A stretch of 64,000 nucleotides of DNA, taken from Scyliorhinus canicula. Taxonomy: Eukaryota. Shown here in pieces: positions 11,864 to 24,384 of the stretch; the first letter of the stretch is position 1, and each line of letters begins with the position of its first letter. Made by a program: the position numbers and the translations under genes. The stretch covers positions 11,732,243 to 11,796,242 of the forward strand of contig NC_052176.1 of the NCBI RefSeq assembly GCF_902713615.1, in the 5' to 3' direction. The notes beneath the pieces were generated by a model, which saw only the letters and a program-made list of their open reading frames with translations, was not told the origin of the DNA and did no database searches.

Positions 11864-11993
11864 ACTGATTGGTGGAAAATCCTAAATCTGATTGGTCTGT
11901 TCAGATATCCAATAAAATTTTCACATTGTCCAATCACAATCATTCCTTTCCCCATTCCTCATTAGCATAGATGTGAGGCTCTGTCTATTTAAG
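11864..11993 (+). promoter_or_regulatory. H2B copy 1 promoter: CCAAT boxes, octamer variant ATTAGCAT (11961-11968), TATA-like TATTTAAG (11986)
   Basis: Motifs read directly, in the order CCAAT - octamer - TATA known for vertebrate H2B promoters. Confidence 0.75.
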
Positions 11994-12037
11994 CAGCGCT
12001 CGGAAGGGGTTTGCTTTATTTCTGGGTGAAACTGAAG

Positions 12038-12424
12038 ATGGCTGACGAGAAGAAACAAACATCGAAAGCAGCTGCCAAGAAGGGAGCCAAGAAAGTCATT
12101 AAGAAACCGGCAGTAAAGGGCGGCAAGAAGCGGCGAAAGTCGAGGAAGGAGAGTTACTCCATCTACATCTACAAAGTGATGAAGCAGGTTCACCCCGACA
12201 CCGGCATCTCCTCCAAGGCCATGAGCATCATGAACTCGTTCGTCAGCGATATTTTCGAGCGTATCGCGGGTGAGGCTTCCCGCCTGGCCCATTACAACAA
12301 GCGCAGCACCATCAGCTCCCGGGAGATCCAGACCGCCGTGCGCCTGCTGCTGCCCGGGGAACTGGCCAAGCACGCCGTGTCGGAAGGGACAAAGGCGGTC
12401 ACCAAGTACACCAGCTCCAAGTAA
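12038..12424 (+). CDS. H2B: Replication-dependent histone H2B, 128 aa, copy 1
   Basis: [26 protein letters not shown]...AVTKYTSSK. Good Kozak context AAGATGG; stem-loop downstream. Confidence 0.98.
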   Translation: MADEKKQTSKAAAKKGAKKVIKKPAVKGGKKRRKSRKESYSIYIYKVMKQVHPDTGISSKAMSIMNSFVSDIFERIAGEASRLAHYNKRSTISSREIQTAVRLLLPGELAKHAVSEGTKAVTKYTSSK

Positions 12425-12461
12425 AACTGCACAATGGACTGAAAACCACCCCAAACACAAC

Positions 12462-12477
12462 GGCTCTTTTAAGAGCC
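12462..12477 (+). other. Histone 3' stem-loop (H2B copy 1)
   Basis: GGCTCTTTTAAGAGCC followed by ACCCA. Confidence 0.96.
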
Positions 12478-13011
12478 ACCCACAACTTCTGTAAAGCAGC
12501 CAAACCATCATACTTTAAATTATCGGTTTATTTCTATTATGAATATCCAGATCCGTTTTAATAGTGTTTCACTACAACAACATCCTGTATAATGCCGAGT
12601 TATCGTCATGTCGATCTCTGTACGTTGTTTATAAAGTCCCATCATTTAGTGATGCTCGGTGACCGCTTCATACTCGGCTGCTGTCGCTGGATTTGGAGAG
12701 AGAATAGAACTCCAATACCTCCCGTAGCATTTGTGTTCAGCCTTACAAATTACTCCCTTTCCATTTATGTTCATGTTCACACTCAATGATCGAGAGCACC
12801 CCGGTGGTGTGGGTAAACTCCATTTCAATACTGACACTAGCTCCAAACTGCTCACTCCACTTTTAACACTGAGGAAGCGGCAGCAGTCTACAATATGAAT
12901 AACTGTTCCTATGTTTGCAGATGGCTGTGAATTAGACACTGTCGGCGGCTGAGAGCATTTTAAACAACAGCCAGATTAAACCTGTGGAGTCAGTTCCCCT
13001 TCTACAGATCC

Positions 13012-13105
13012 TAAACGTTTCTCTCCACAGATGATACCAGACACGCTGAGTTGATCCAGCATTTTCTCTTTAATTCACATTTGCAGCCTCCGCATTATTT
13101 TGGTT
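13012..13105. repeat. Degenerate fragment of a common elasmobranch interspersed repeat (family uncertain)
   Basis: TCTCTCCACAGATGATACCAGACACGCTGAGTTGATCCAGCATTTTCT resembles a motif I recall from shark genomes; not verified. Confidence 0.4.
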
Positions 13106-13254
13106 TAATTTATTTTGGGTTTGTTGTCAGTTACAGAGACAAAATCAGAAACTAACAGATAATGGGAAACTAGACGCGGGAAAGAGAGAGAATCCAACAA
13201 TCTTATACTCAAATGATTTAGTCACATTTTTTATTCAATTTTATCTGTTATATA

Positions 13255-13461
13255 TTTTCGCGCCCATTTAAGATTTGAAATAAATATTCGGTTGGAATCT
13301 GAACATTTGGCGCCCAAACTTTCCGCCCTCAGCACCGTGGATTCTCCTGATTGGTGCTTCAAACAGATATCTGATTGGTCACTTTGTAGCCGGCTCCACA
13401 ATGTTGTTGAGATAACCAATCAGCAATGTGTGCACCGCCATTCCTCCTGAAGCTATAAGAG
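13255..13461 (+). promoter_or_regulatory. H2A copy 1 promoter: E2F-like TTTTCGCGC and TTTGGCGC, TTTGAA, three CCAAT boxes, TATAAG
   Basis: Motifs read directly upstream of the ATG at 13519. Confidence 0.7.
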
Positions 13462-13467
13462 AAGTGA

Positions 13468-13965
<498 letters not shown>

Positions 13966-14374
13966 GGGCGACCTGTTCTGGATCCGCTTAGTGCCGTGTT
14001 TGTGAGAATTTCCCTGAGGCTTCAGGCTGGAATGAGAGCTTTCCCCGGTGTTGGTATTTACCGGAGGGCGGCAGTTTCTAGCGGGCTGGCTTTCTGAAAC
14101 TGACCATTTATGTGCAATGGGTCTGCGGGGTTTCAGAATTCATTCCCGCTCTCATTACAATGTCAGTGCTCACTGTGCGGTTACAGGGCTGACTGCGGAG
14201 AAAGGTTTTGTGTTTCACTCTGCAGCACGTTCATATCGCCGTGAAAAGAGTAATCAATGACAGGAAACATTTCCTATTATAATGCGAAATTTTGACTCCC
14301 CAATCGCGAAACCAGCTCGATGCGTTATTCTGCTGCCATTCTAAGGTCAGTGCTCTCAATGTGAGGATTTGGGC

Positions 14375-14390
14375 GGCTCTTAAAAGAGCC
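14375..14390 (-). other. Histone 3' stem-loop (H4 copy 1)
   Basis: Minus strand GGCTCTTTTAAGAGCC followed by GCCCA. Confidence 0.95.
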
Positions 14391-14423
14391 TTTGGGTTTT
14401 GTTACATTGTCAAATGGAGTTTC

Positions 14424-14744
<321 letters not shown>

Positions 14745-14978
14745 TCAGTCAAATGGCTGCTGAATGAGAGACGAGCTGCTGCACTTTCCTTTATTATACA
14801 GCCCGCCCCGACCTGACTGAGAAAGAGAGAGAGGCGGGGAGCAGACTGAGTGACAGACAGAGCAGTGAAATGTCTTTGACCATCCAGCTCCGCCTCCTGC
14901 CTGCTCCAACCCACATTTTATATTCCAAACAGAAGTGAACAGAGCGCGCTGAACAACACGGACAATCTGCAACATGAT

Positions 14979-15245
14979 GGGCTGCACAGTGGTCAGCACT
15001 GCTGCCTCACAGCGCCAGGGACCCGGGTTCACTCTGACCTTCTGACATTCTGTGTCTCTGTGGGTTTCCTCACACAGTAAAGATTCGCAGGTTAGGTGGA
15101 TTGGCTGTGCTAAATTAACCCTTTGTGTCTAAGGGTGTGGATGTTGGATGGAGTTGCGAGGGAGTGGGCCTGGGTAGGGTTGCTCTTTCAGAGAGTCGCT
15201 GTGGACTCGATGGACTGAATGGCCTCCTTCTGCACTGTAGTAATT
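14979..15245 (+). mobile_element. Older, degenerate HE1-family SINE
   Basis: CAGCACTGCTGCCTCACAGCGCCAGGGACCCGGGTTC head; GGTTAGGTGGATTGGC core; GACTCGATGG...GGCCTCCTTCTGCACTGTA tail. Confidence 0.8.
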
Positions 15246-15960
15246 ATATGGGAAGGATCTCGGTGTTGCTGGACGTGGTGCAGGTCTGGCCCATTCCCAG
15301 TCCTGTGCGCAGCAGTCACCCGAGCCATCATCAAGTTCATCTGGAGATCACAGGGACCCATATACAAAATATACAAACAGAAGGGACAGCATATACAGAT
15401 CTCTGGATAAGGGAGGGAGAAACATACCCAAGGCCGTCCTCACCCTGCTGTCCACCTGTGTGTGTGGCTACATCAAGCTGTGCGTGGGCCCCCAGTACAC
15501 AAACACCAAGTGTCACTACGTACTGAGGTTCTATCTGTCCCGGGTGTTACGAAGGATGGATCTGGCTTCATTGCCGCTGGATGCTCTGGTCCTAGGACCG
15601 TGTCATAACACCTGTCCCTCAAGGAAACATTTGTTCAGGAAAACACCTTTGACCACAAGGCAATCAAGCAGTGGTCTGCACGTAATGTCTTCGAGGCCCT
15701 TAGGGTAAAGGAGATGGTGGATCATGTCAGATGGTTCCCCTGAGCAGACTGTCAGAGGCATCTGGCAGATCATCTCATCACCAGAACTTTCAAACAAGCA
15801 GCAAGACCCAGCTTGGATGGTGGTGAGAAGGGCCCTCCCTGTCATATCCTTCATGCACCCAAAGTCTCAACACCGTCTCACACTGCCCTCAAACTGGCTG
15901 CTCCATGTGGTTACTCACCTCCATGTGGAATGTGCCTTTCCAAAGAATGTCTGAAGAGAG

Positions 15961-16872
15961 AAAGTTCATGGATGACAACAAGGTTGGTGGAGTGGCAGAT
16001 AGTGTTGAGGATTGTCAGAGGATACAGCAGGACAAACATAGGTTGGAGACTTGGGCATAGAAATGGCAAATGTAGTTTAATCTGGACCAATGGGAGGGAA
16101 TGCATTTTGGTCGGTTTAACACAGAGGGGAAATATATCGTAAATGGCAAAACTGAGGAATATAGAAAGTCGGAGAGTTCTGACTCGCAGGTCCACAGATC
16201 CTTGAAGGTGGCAACAGAAGTGTACAAGGTAGTCAAGAAAACATACGGAATGCCTGCTTTCATTGGGCGGAGCATCAACTATAAAAACTGACAAGTCACG
16301 CTGCAGCTGTATAGAACCTTGTTAAGGACGCACTTGGAATATTGTGCACAATTCAGGTCGCCACACTACCAGAAGGATGTGGAGGCTTTGGAGAGGATGC
16401 AGTGGAGATTTATCAGGCTGTTGCCTGGTCTGGAAAGTGTGAGCTATATGGAGAGGCTGAATAGACTCGGACTGTTTTCATTAGAAAGACAGAGTTTGAG
16501 GTGTGATCTGATAAATGTTGACAAAATTCTGAGGGGCATGGATAGAGTGAATGGGCAGGCAATCTTTCCCAGGGTGGAGGGGTCAGTCACCAGGGGGCAT
16601 AGATTTAAGGTGCTCGGAGAAAAGCTTACAGAGGATGTGCGAGGCAGGTTTGTTACGCAGACAGTGGTGAGAGCAAGGACCGCGTTGCCAGGGGAGGTTG
16701 TAGAAGCAGATACATTACGGCGGTCAACAGTCATCTTGACAAACACATGGATAGGATGGGTATAGAGGGATACGGCACAAGGAAGTGCTGAGGGTTTTGG
16801 CAAAGGCTGGTATCATGACCTGTACAGGTTTGGAGGGCCGAAGTTACTGCTCCTGTGCTGTATTGTTATTTG
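15961..16872 (+). mobile_element. 5'-truncated decayed CR1 LINE nested in Tx1
   Basis: RT C-terminal peptides 'HLEYCAQFRSPHYQKDVEALERMQ', 'LGLFSLE', 'TRGHRFK'; tail GAGGGCCGAAG...CTGTGCTGTATTG. Confidence 0.88.
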
Positions 16873-17507
16873 TTTGAGAGATGCAGTGGTATTTGTCCAG
16901 GTTCATCCCGAGCAGCTCTGTGACACAGGACCCTGTGCTTAACAGGCTATTCCCAGGGAAACACGCTGACACTAACATCAACTGCAGCTGGAGGATCATA
17001 AACTCTGTGTAAGACTCTCTTTGATCTGCCCGAAACCTGTTGAACTTCCAGGGTAAAGAATTGTCCTTGACTGATTGTTGCAGACGGGCACATTCCAAAG
17101 TCCAGGACTACGTGCTGAGGGACGCACTCAGGTTTGGGGTACCCAGCACCAAGGCTCAATGGGGAAAGGCCACTGTGTAAGTTCTTCCAGCAAATGTACA
17201 CCGAAGGGCTGGTAACCGGGTAACCCCCCCCCCCCCCCATTCTGTGTGATTAACACTAAAGAGGGGCTGGTAACTGTGTAAAACTTGTGTGTGTGTGATT
17301 AATACTAAAGAGGGGCTGGTAACCATGATAAACCCCCCGGACTGGGTGATTAACACTAAAGAGGGGCTGGTAACTGTTTAAAACTTGTATGTGTGTGATT
17401 AATACTAAAGAGGGGTTGGTAACCATGATAAACCCCCCGGTCTGGGTGATTAACACTAAAGAGGGGATGGTAACTGTGTAAAAACCCCGATCTGTGTGAT
17501 TAGCGTA

Positions 17508-18445
17508 CAACAGGTTTGTTTCAAACACGAGCATTCGGAGCACCGTTCCTTCCTCAGGTGAATGGAGAGGTATGAACGGGATATGGCGCTCGACTCATCG
17601 ATCGACAGTTCCAATGCGCCACAGCAAAAAACCGCAACGACCTACTCAGAAGACAAACACGGGACACAACTGACAGAGTACCCTTCGTCGTCCAGTACTT
17701 TCCTGGGGCGGAGAAACAACGACATCTTCTTTGAAGCCTTCAACACATCATCAATGAAGATGAACATCTTGCCAAGGTCATCCCCACACCCCCACTACTT
17801 GCCTTCAAACAACCACAAAACCTCAAACAAACCATTGCAGGAAAGGATGTCCCGAAGCGTGGTACATTGGCGAGACCATGCGGACACTGCGACAAAGAAT
17901 GAATGGGCATCGTGCGACAATCACCAGGCAGGAATGTTCCCTTCCAGTCAGGGAACACTTCAGCAGTCAAGGTCATTCAGCCGCTGATCTCCGGGTAAGC
18001 ATTCCCCAAGGCGGTCTTCAGGACACGCGACAACGTAGAATTGCCGAGCAAAAACTTATAGCTAAGTTCCGCACCCATGAGTGCGGCCTCAACCGGGATC
18101 TTGGATTCATGTCGCATTACATCCACCCCCAACATCTGGCCTGGACTTGCAAAATCCTACCAGCTGTCCTGGCTTGAGACAATTCACACCTCTTTAACCT
18201 GGGATCACCCCCTATTTCTGGATCTGTAATGATTTGATTACCTGCAAATGCTCACATTCCAAGCATTGTCCAGCATCTCTGACTTTGTCTATATAAATGT
18301 TTCTGGAACATACCTCTCCTTTCACCTGAGGAAGGAGCAGTGCTCCGAAAGCTCGTGTTTGAAACAAACATGTTGGACTTTAACCTGGTGTTGTAAGACT
18401 TCTTACTGTGCTCACCCCAGTCCAACGACGGCATCTCCACATCAT
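17508..18445 (+). mobile_element. Penelope-like element: internally deleted RT-linker/GIY-YIG fragment with terminal repeat and inverted 5' copy
   Basis: 'LRQRMNGHR...PVREHF...AEQKLIAKFRTHECGLN' is a GIY-YIG C-terminus. 17508-17574 is the reverse complement of ~18309-18375. Confidence 0.85.
18323..18357 (+). ncRNA. Minimal type I hammerhead ribozyme motif in the Penelope terminal repeat
   Basis: CAC-CTGAGGA-A-GGAGC-AGT-GCTCC-GAAA-GCTC-GTG: both core boxes, 5-bp stem II, CAC/GTG stem I, palindromic AGCT. Confidence 0.7.
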
Positions 18446-18522
18446 GTGTGATTAACACTAAAGAGGGGCTAGTTAGGGTTAGTAACTGAGTAACTGGGCT
18501 GGTAATTGAGTAAAACACTGAG

Positions 18523-18793
18523 GCACAGCGCCAGGGTCCCAGGTTCGATTCCCCGCTGGGTCACTGTCTGTGCAGAGTCTGCAGATTCTCCCCGTGTCTG
18601 CATGGGTTTTCTCCGGGTGCTCTGGTTTCCTCCCACAGTCCAAAGACGGGCAACGTACGTGGATTGGCCATGCTAAATTGCCCTCAGTGCTCAAAAAGTT
18701 TTGGGAGAGGTAATTGGGTTAAGGGGATAAGTTTGAAGTGAAGGCTAAAGTGTGTCGATGCAGACTTAGTGGGCCGAATGGCCTCCTTCCGCG
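18523..18793 (+). mobile_element. 5'-truncated HE1-type SINE
   Basis: CCAGGGTCCCAGGTTCGATTCCC...GGATTGGCCATGCTAAATTGCCC...GGGCCGAATGGCCTCCTTC. Confidence 0.85.
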
Positions 18794-18796
18794 TGA

Positions 18797-18978
18797 TGAA
18801 TGAAAATGTAAATTGCTTAATGTCACAAGTAGGCTTCAAATGAAGTCACTGTGAATAGCTCCATTCGCCACATTCCAGCACCAGTTCGGGGAAGCTGGTA
18901 CGGGAATTGAACCGTGCTGCTGGCCTGCCTTGGTCTGCTTCAAAAGCCAGCTCTTTAGCCCTGTGCTAAAGCAGCCCC
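18797..18978 (-). mobile_element. Short tRNA-derived SINE (same family as 3696-3884)
   Basis: Co-linear similarity over the full length. Confidence 0.85.
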
Positions 18979-19026
18979 TGCTTAACACTAAAGAGGGGCT
19001 GGTAACTTTGTCCCCGCCCCGCCCCG

Positions 19027-19467
19027 AGGAGGTTCCCAAGAATGATCCCTGGAATGAAGAACTTGTATGAAGAACGTTTGGGAACTCTGGGTCTATACTC
19101 GTTGGAGTTTAGAAGGACGAGGGGGGATCTTTTTGAAACTTACAGGATGCTGCGAGGCCTGGATAGAGTGGACATGGAGAGGATGTTTCCACTTGTAGGA
19201 AATACTAGAACCAGAGGACACCATCTCAGACTATCAATTTAAAACAGAGATGAGGAGGAATCTCTTCAGCCAGAGGGTGGTGAATCTGTGGAGGCCAAAT
19301 CACTGAGTGTCTTTAAGACCAAGATAGATAGGTTCTTGATTAATAAGGGGCTCAGGGGTAATGGGTAGAAGGCAGGAGAATGGGAATGAGAAAATATCAG
19401 CCATGATTGAATGGTGGAGCAGACTCGATGGGCCGTGTGGCCTAATTCAGCTCCTGTGCCTTATGGT
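19027..19467 (+). mobile_element. CR1 LINE 3' fragment
   Basis: 'MIPGMKNLYEERLGTLGLYSLEFRRTRGDL...TRGH' plus 3' UTR ending CTCCTGTGCCTTATGG. Confidence 0.88.
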
Positions 19468-20239
19468 TTCTGTGATTAACACTAAAGAGGGGCTGGTAAC
19501 TGTGTAAACAAACCCGGTCTGTGTGATTAACACGAAAGAGTGGCTGCTAACTGTAAAACACTCAGATCTGTGTGGTTGAGATTAAAGAGCGGCTGGTAAC
19601 TTGAGTAAAACCTTCCGGTCTGTGTGATTAACACTAAAGAGCGGCTGGTAACCATGTAAACCCCCTCGGTCTGTGTGATTAACACTGAATGTTTAAAATT
19701 ATTGAAGCTTCACAGGGTGGAACATGACCAATGTAAATATTTTGAGAAGAATTGTAATGTGCATATTGAAATGTGTGTAATGTCCTCATTATCCAATTAA
19801 AGAAATTCAAGTAAATCTGGACCTCTGGAGAAAATGTAAATATTATTGTACGATACGATATTATTGTGATGACAATTTGAAATGTTTGACAATGTTTGTT
19901 TCAAGGGATTTTATAAATGAAGTATATTTTTGAAAATAAATTGTTTGCTTCTCTGAAAAATGTCGCCAGTCGGTGAAATGTTAGTTTGCAGAAAGTGTGA
20001 GTTTGAGGGGCTGAATGGCAGTGTAATAACAAACAAGCTGCAGGCAATGGCTGCAAATTGAATATCTCATTGGGACAAACACACAGCTACAAAGGTGATT
20101 GGTTGAGCCCTGGGGCGCAGGGCCACTTGCACCCACACACACACAGTCCCCCCAACACGGGCTCTATCGGAGGTTTTGCTCCAAATGTGATGACAGTGAA
20201 ATGGGGAATATTCCCATTGATTCTCAATGCGGAATTGCT

Positions 20240-20480
20240 GCGGGGATCTGCGCATGTCCGGTTTAGCCCCGCCCCCTGCCTGTCGTCACTGAGTAAGAGC
20301 GCATGCGCAGCCCCTCCAGCGAGGAAATCGCGCGTTTTCATTGCAGCAGCCCATCCATTTGGGAGTGTGAGCAAAGAGGCTCAGAGATCATTACTGACTC
20401 GGGGGGAGTTCAGGGAGAATCGGGGGCTGTTTGCAAGAGGCGCAGCGGGAGCCCCATCTTGTTCCGGGACTTGGAGTGAG
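20240..20480 (+). promoter_or_regulatory. CpG-rich promoter with NRF1 site GCGCATGCGC (20299-20308), GC box (20266-20275) and candidate first-exon donor GTGAG (20476)
   Basis: Local CpG enrichment and motifs read directly. Confidence 0.65.
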
Positions 20481-20646
20481 CGGGGGGAAGGGAGAGCTCT
20501 TTCTGGGCCTGGCTTATTGTCTGATTCTGGGGCAGGATTTGGACAGTATTTTCTATTTTTACTGATTATCAGTTGAAAGAATTGATTGATCTATCATTGG
20601 CCTCATCTGACCCTGATTTACAAGAGATTTGTTTTCTTCCCCCTAG

Positions 20647-20725
20647 TTCAACAGATGAAGAGATGAGTTCCAAGATGATGATTCCTCAGCAACATGAATG
20701 TGGAGCCGTCTCCTTCTAACTGACA
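20647..20725 (+). other. Candidate non-coding internal exon
   Basis: Pyrimidine tract TTTGTTTTCTTCCCCCTAG before and GTAAGT after. Stops in all three frames. Confidence 0.55.
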
Positions 20726-21178
20726 GTAAGTACAATATTAATCCAACAATATTAATCAGGGTGATTTAGCAGTGTTTCATCTGTTAAGTAATCAGTATAG
20801 TATTAATTAGGCTATTGAGCAATCAATGTAGAAGTATCCATTTGCACTATTTTGTAACTTTCTTAGTTTAAAATATATCAGAAGCAAAGCACTTGAACAA
20901 GGCATTAACAGAAAAATGATACATTTAAATAGTTCTCCAAAAGGACAATTATCAGATTGTAAGGCCATCCTTTCATCTCACAAGTTGTGAACCTTTGGTA
21001 CAAGTAAAAGGTTGGATAGTACAGATGATTGTAAAGTGCCAAATTAATCATAAACTTCTATCAAGACACCTCCCAAAACAAAATATTAAATTCCAATCCA
21101 AATATCGCGCACAATCTCAGATATAACAGTGCAGTACATGGAAATAGATCATTTGACATATCAATGTCATCAGTAAAA

Positions 21179-21268
21179 GTGTTTGAATCAAACCTGTTGG
21201 ACTTTAACCTGGTGTTGTAAGACTTCTTACTGTGCTCACCCCAGTCCAACGCCGGCATCTCCACATCA
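21179..21268 (+). mobile_element. Solo 3' piece of the Penelope terminal repeat with 14-bp flanking duplication
   Basis: Matches 18355-18444. TCATCAGTAAAAGT at 21167-21180 and 21266-21279. Confidence 0.85.
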
Positions 21269-22382
21269 TCAGTAAAAGTAATAATGGAAGATCAATACTG
21301 AACAGAATGTTCACCATTAACTCACAAAACAGATATTGACAAGTGCAGAAAATACAATAAAATCACGCACATCAGAGAGGTGAACAGATAGAGATTAAAT
21401 GCAGAATCCCATAACAAAGATAGACAGCTTCGAAAGCAAGCACACAGAACAGAGGCAGAGAGTTACAGAATCAAACTGATTTTTCCCGAACTCTTGACCC
21501 ATAACAGAGACAGACAGCTACAGTGGAAAACACACACTCTCACACATTCAGACACCAACAACTGCACAGGAGGCAGTAAAATATGCCATATATCATATAC
21601 AGACAGTGAGGGTAAAACAGACTCACACATTCTCTCTCTCAGTATACAGTAAATATACATTATCTATCACAGAGAGACAGTGAGGGTAAAACATACTCAC
21701 ATTTTACATGCACGTGCTCACTCACAAGTAACTTAGTAGGAAGCACTGAATATGCATTTTATGTCACAGAGTATAAGGGTGAAACACACACTCACTCTCA
21801 CAGCAATAACTGAGTATTGAGCAGTAAATTATATGTCCTACATAGCACAGAGAAACAGTGAGGTTTATACACACTCACTCACAATCTGTCTCTCATACAC
21901 CCTCTCACGGAAACCCAAGCACTGTCTCTCCCACACACACTCTCAAATCAATAACTGAGCAGTAATCAATAAAATATTAATTATATATCAGAGATAGACT
22001 GTGAGGTTAATACGCACTCACTCTCTCACACACACACTCTCCCTCTCTCACACACACCAGTCACTGAGCAGTAATCAATTAAATATGGTAGATATACCAG
22101 AGATACAGTGAGGGTAAAACATGCATTCACTCTCTCACTCAATCTCTCACTCAGACAGTCACACAGCAGTAACTGAGCAGTAAGCTGTAAAATATGTGTT
22201 CTACATCAAAGAGAGACAAGTGAGGGTAAAGCACACACTCACGCCATCTCTCAAACACTGTCTCACATTTTACTGAGAAATAAGCAGTAAAATATTTGTT
22301 ATATATTGCAGAGAAACAGTGAGGGTAAAACATGCGCAAACACACAGACACACACTCTCTCTCTATCTCTCACACTCTCTCT

Positions 22383-22675
22383 CATAGAAACCCTACAGTG
22401 CAAAAAGAAGCCATTCAACCCATCGAGTCTGCATTGACCTTTTGAATGAGCATGCTACCTAAGACCAATCTCCCACCTTCTCCTTGTAACCCCACCAAGG
22501 GATAGTTGAGCATATCAATTCCACCTGACTTGCACATTTTTTGGACTGTGGGAGGAAACTGGAGCACCCGGAGGAAACCCTAACAGACACGGGAAGAATG
22601 TACAAACTCCGCACAGACAGTCGCCTGAGGTCGGAATCAAACCCGGGTCTCTGGCGCTGTGCCACCCTGCTGCCC
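22383..22675 (-). mobile_element. Degenerate HE1-family SINE
   Basis: TTGGACTGTGGGAGGAAACTGGAGCACCCGGAGGAAACCC core in reverse orientation; head ends TGCTGCCC. Confidence 0.82.
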
Positions 22676-24384
22676 ATCAGCAGCACATCCACTTTTCACC
22701 CTATTGCTCCCACACACACTCACCATCCCTCACACATACTCACAGACTCTCCCTCACACACATACACTCACCCACTCACTTTCTCTGACACGCACACCTC
22801 TCACACATTCATACATTCTCTCACACATACTCTCTCACACCAGCAATTGACCCACAAGCAGTAAAATATGTGTACTATGTCACAGAGAGACAGTGAGAAT
22901 AAAACTTACACTCAATCTCTCTCACACACACTGACACTCACACACACCATTAACTGAGCAGTACGCTGTTAAATGTGTGTCCATATGATAGAGACAGAGG
23001 GAGGATAAAAATCTCACTCACACTCCCTCCCTCTCACACACACTATCTCACTCACACTCCCTCCCTCTCACACACACTATCTCACTCCCACACTCTCCCA
23101 CACATACACACCATTAACTGAGCAGTAAGCTGTAAAATATTTGTTATATATCACAGAAAAGCACACACTCGCACACTGTCACACACACGCTCTTTCTCAC
23201 ACACAGATGTTCCCTCTCTCATACACACTCACAGACTTTCTCTCACACACTCACAGACTCTCTCTGACACACTCACAGACTCTCTGTCTCTGACACTCAC
23301 AGACTCTCTCTCACTCGCACACTCAGACTCTCTCACACACACTCACAGACTCTCTCTCTCTGACACACTCACAGACTCTCTCTGACACACTCACAGACTC
23401 TCTGTCTCTGACACTCACAGACTCTCTCTCACTCGCACACTCAGACTCTCCCACACACACTCACAGACTCTCCCTCTCTCACACACTAACAGACTCTCTC
23501 TCACACACTCACTCACAGACTCTCACGTGCACTCAGTCACTCTCACTCACATACATTCCAGTCACAGAGCAGTAAGCAGTTAAATATGTGTTATATATCA
23601 CAGATACATAGTGAGGGTAAAACTCGTACACATACCAGTAAGAGAAAAATATGTGTTATATATCAAAGTGAGACAGTGAGGGAAAATACACACACACTCT
23701 CACACATACACAATCTCTCATACACACGCACACACCAGTAACAGAAGCGATCACTAAAATATGTGTTGTATATCAAAGACAGTGAGGGTAAAACTGACAG
23801 CCAAACTCACTCACTCACTCTCTAACACATTCAGCCAACAATACCTGAGCAGTAAAATATGTTATCTGTCATAGAAACACTGAGCATAAAACTCATTCAC
23901 AGACTCTCACTGACCAGTAAATGAGCAGTGAACAGTAAAATATGTGTTCCATATCACAAGAAATATTGAGGGTCAAACGCACACTCACACACTCATGCAC
24001 ACACCAGTAACTGAGTAGTACAATAATCATTAAATATCAACTTTCTCTCTCTCTCCTCTCTCTCACTCTCTTTCTCACACACTCCCATTCACTCTCACAC
24101 ACCAGTAACTGAGCAGTAAGCAGTCAAATATGTGATACATATCATGGAGAGACATTAAGGGTAAAACGCGCACACTCTCTCCCACGCGCCAGTAACTGAA
24201 CAGTAAGAATAAACACACACACACTCACTACTCACTAATATACTCACACACTCTCACTCACAGACCCACACACCAGTAACTGAACAGTAAGCAGTAAAAT
24301 ATTCATTATGTTATCACAGACAGACAGTGAGGTTAACACACACACACATAGATAGAGTCATAGATAGACTCTGTGACTCTATCT

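Larger units (their letters stand above)
17205..19690 (+). repeat. ~50-bp tandem repeat (TGTGTGATTAACACTAAAGAGGGGCTGGTAAC...) broken into blocks by insertions
   Basis: Blocks at 17205-17502, 18445-18520, 18981-19006 and 19470-19690. Confidence 0.85.
15255..19940 (+). mobile_element. Tx1-clade (L1-Tx1) LINE 3' portion, split by five nested insertions
   Basis: Peptides 'AVTRAIIKFIWRS', 'TKCHYVLRFYLS', 'IWQIISSPELSNKQQDPAWMVVRRALPV' at 15255-15960. Continues at 16872-17180 to ...WGKATV*. Repeat-rich 3' region ends AT-rich near 19940 (end uncertain). Confidence 0.7.

Noticed and set aside
20058-20576. 172-aa ORF across the CpG promoter
   Set aside because: Non-ATG start, GC-rich stop-poor sequence, no recognisable domain; the paralog at 8020 does not keep the frame.
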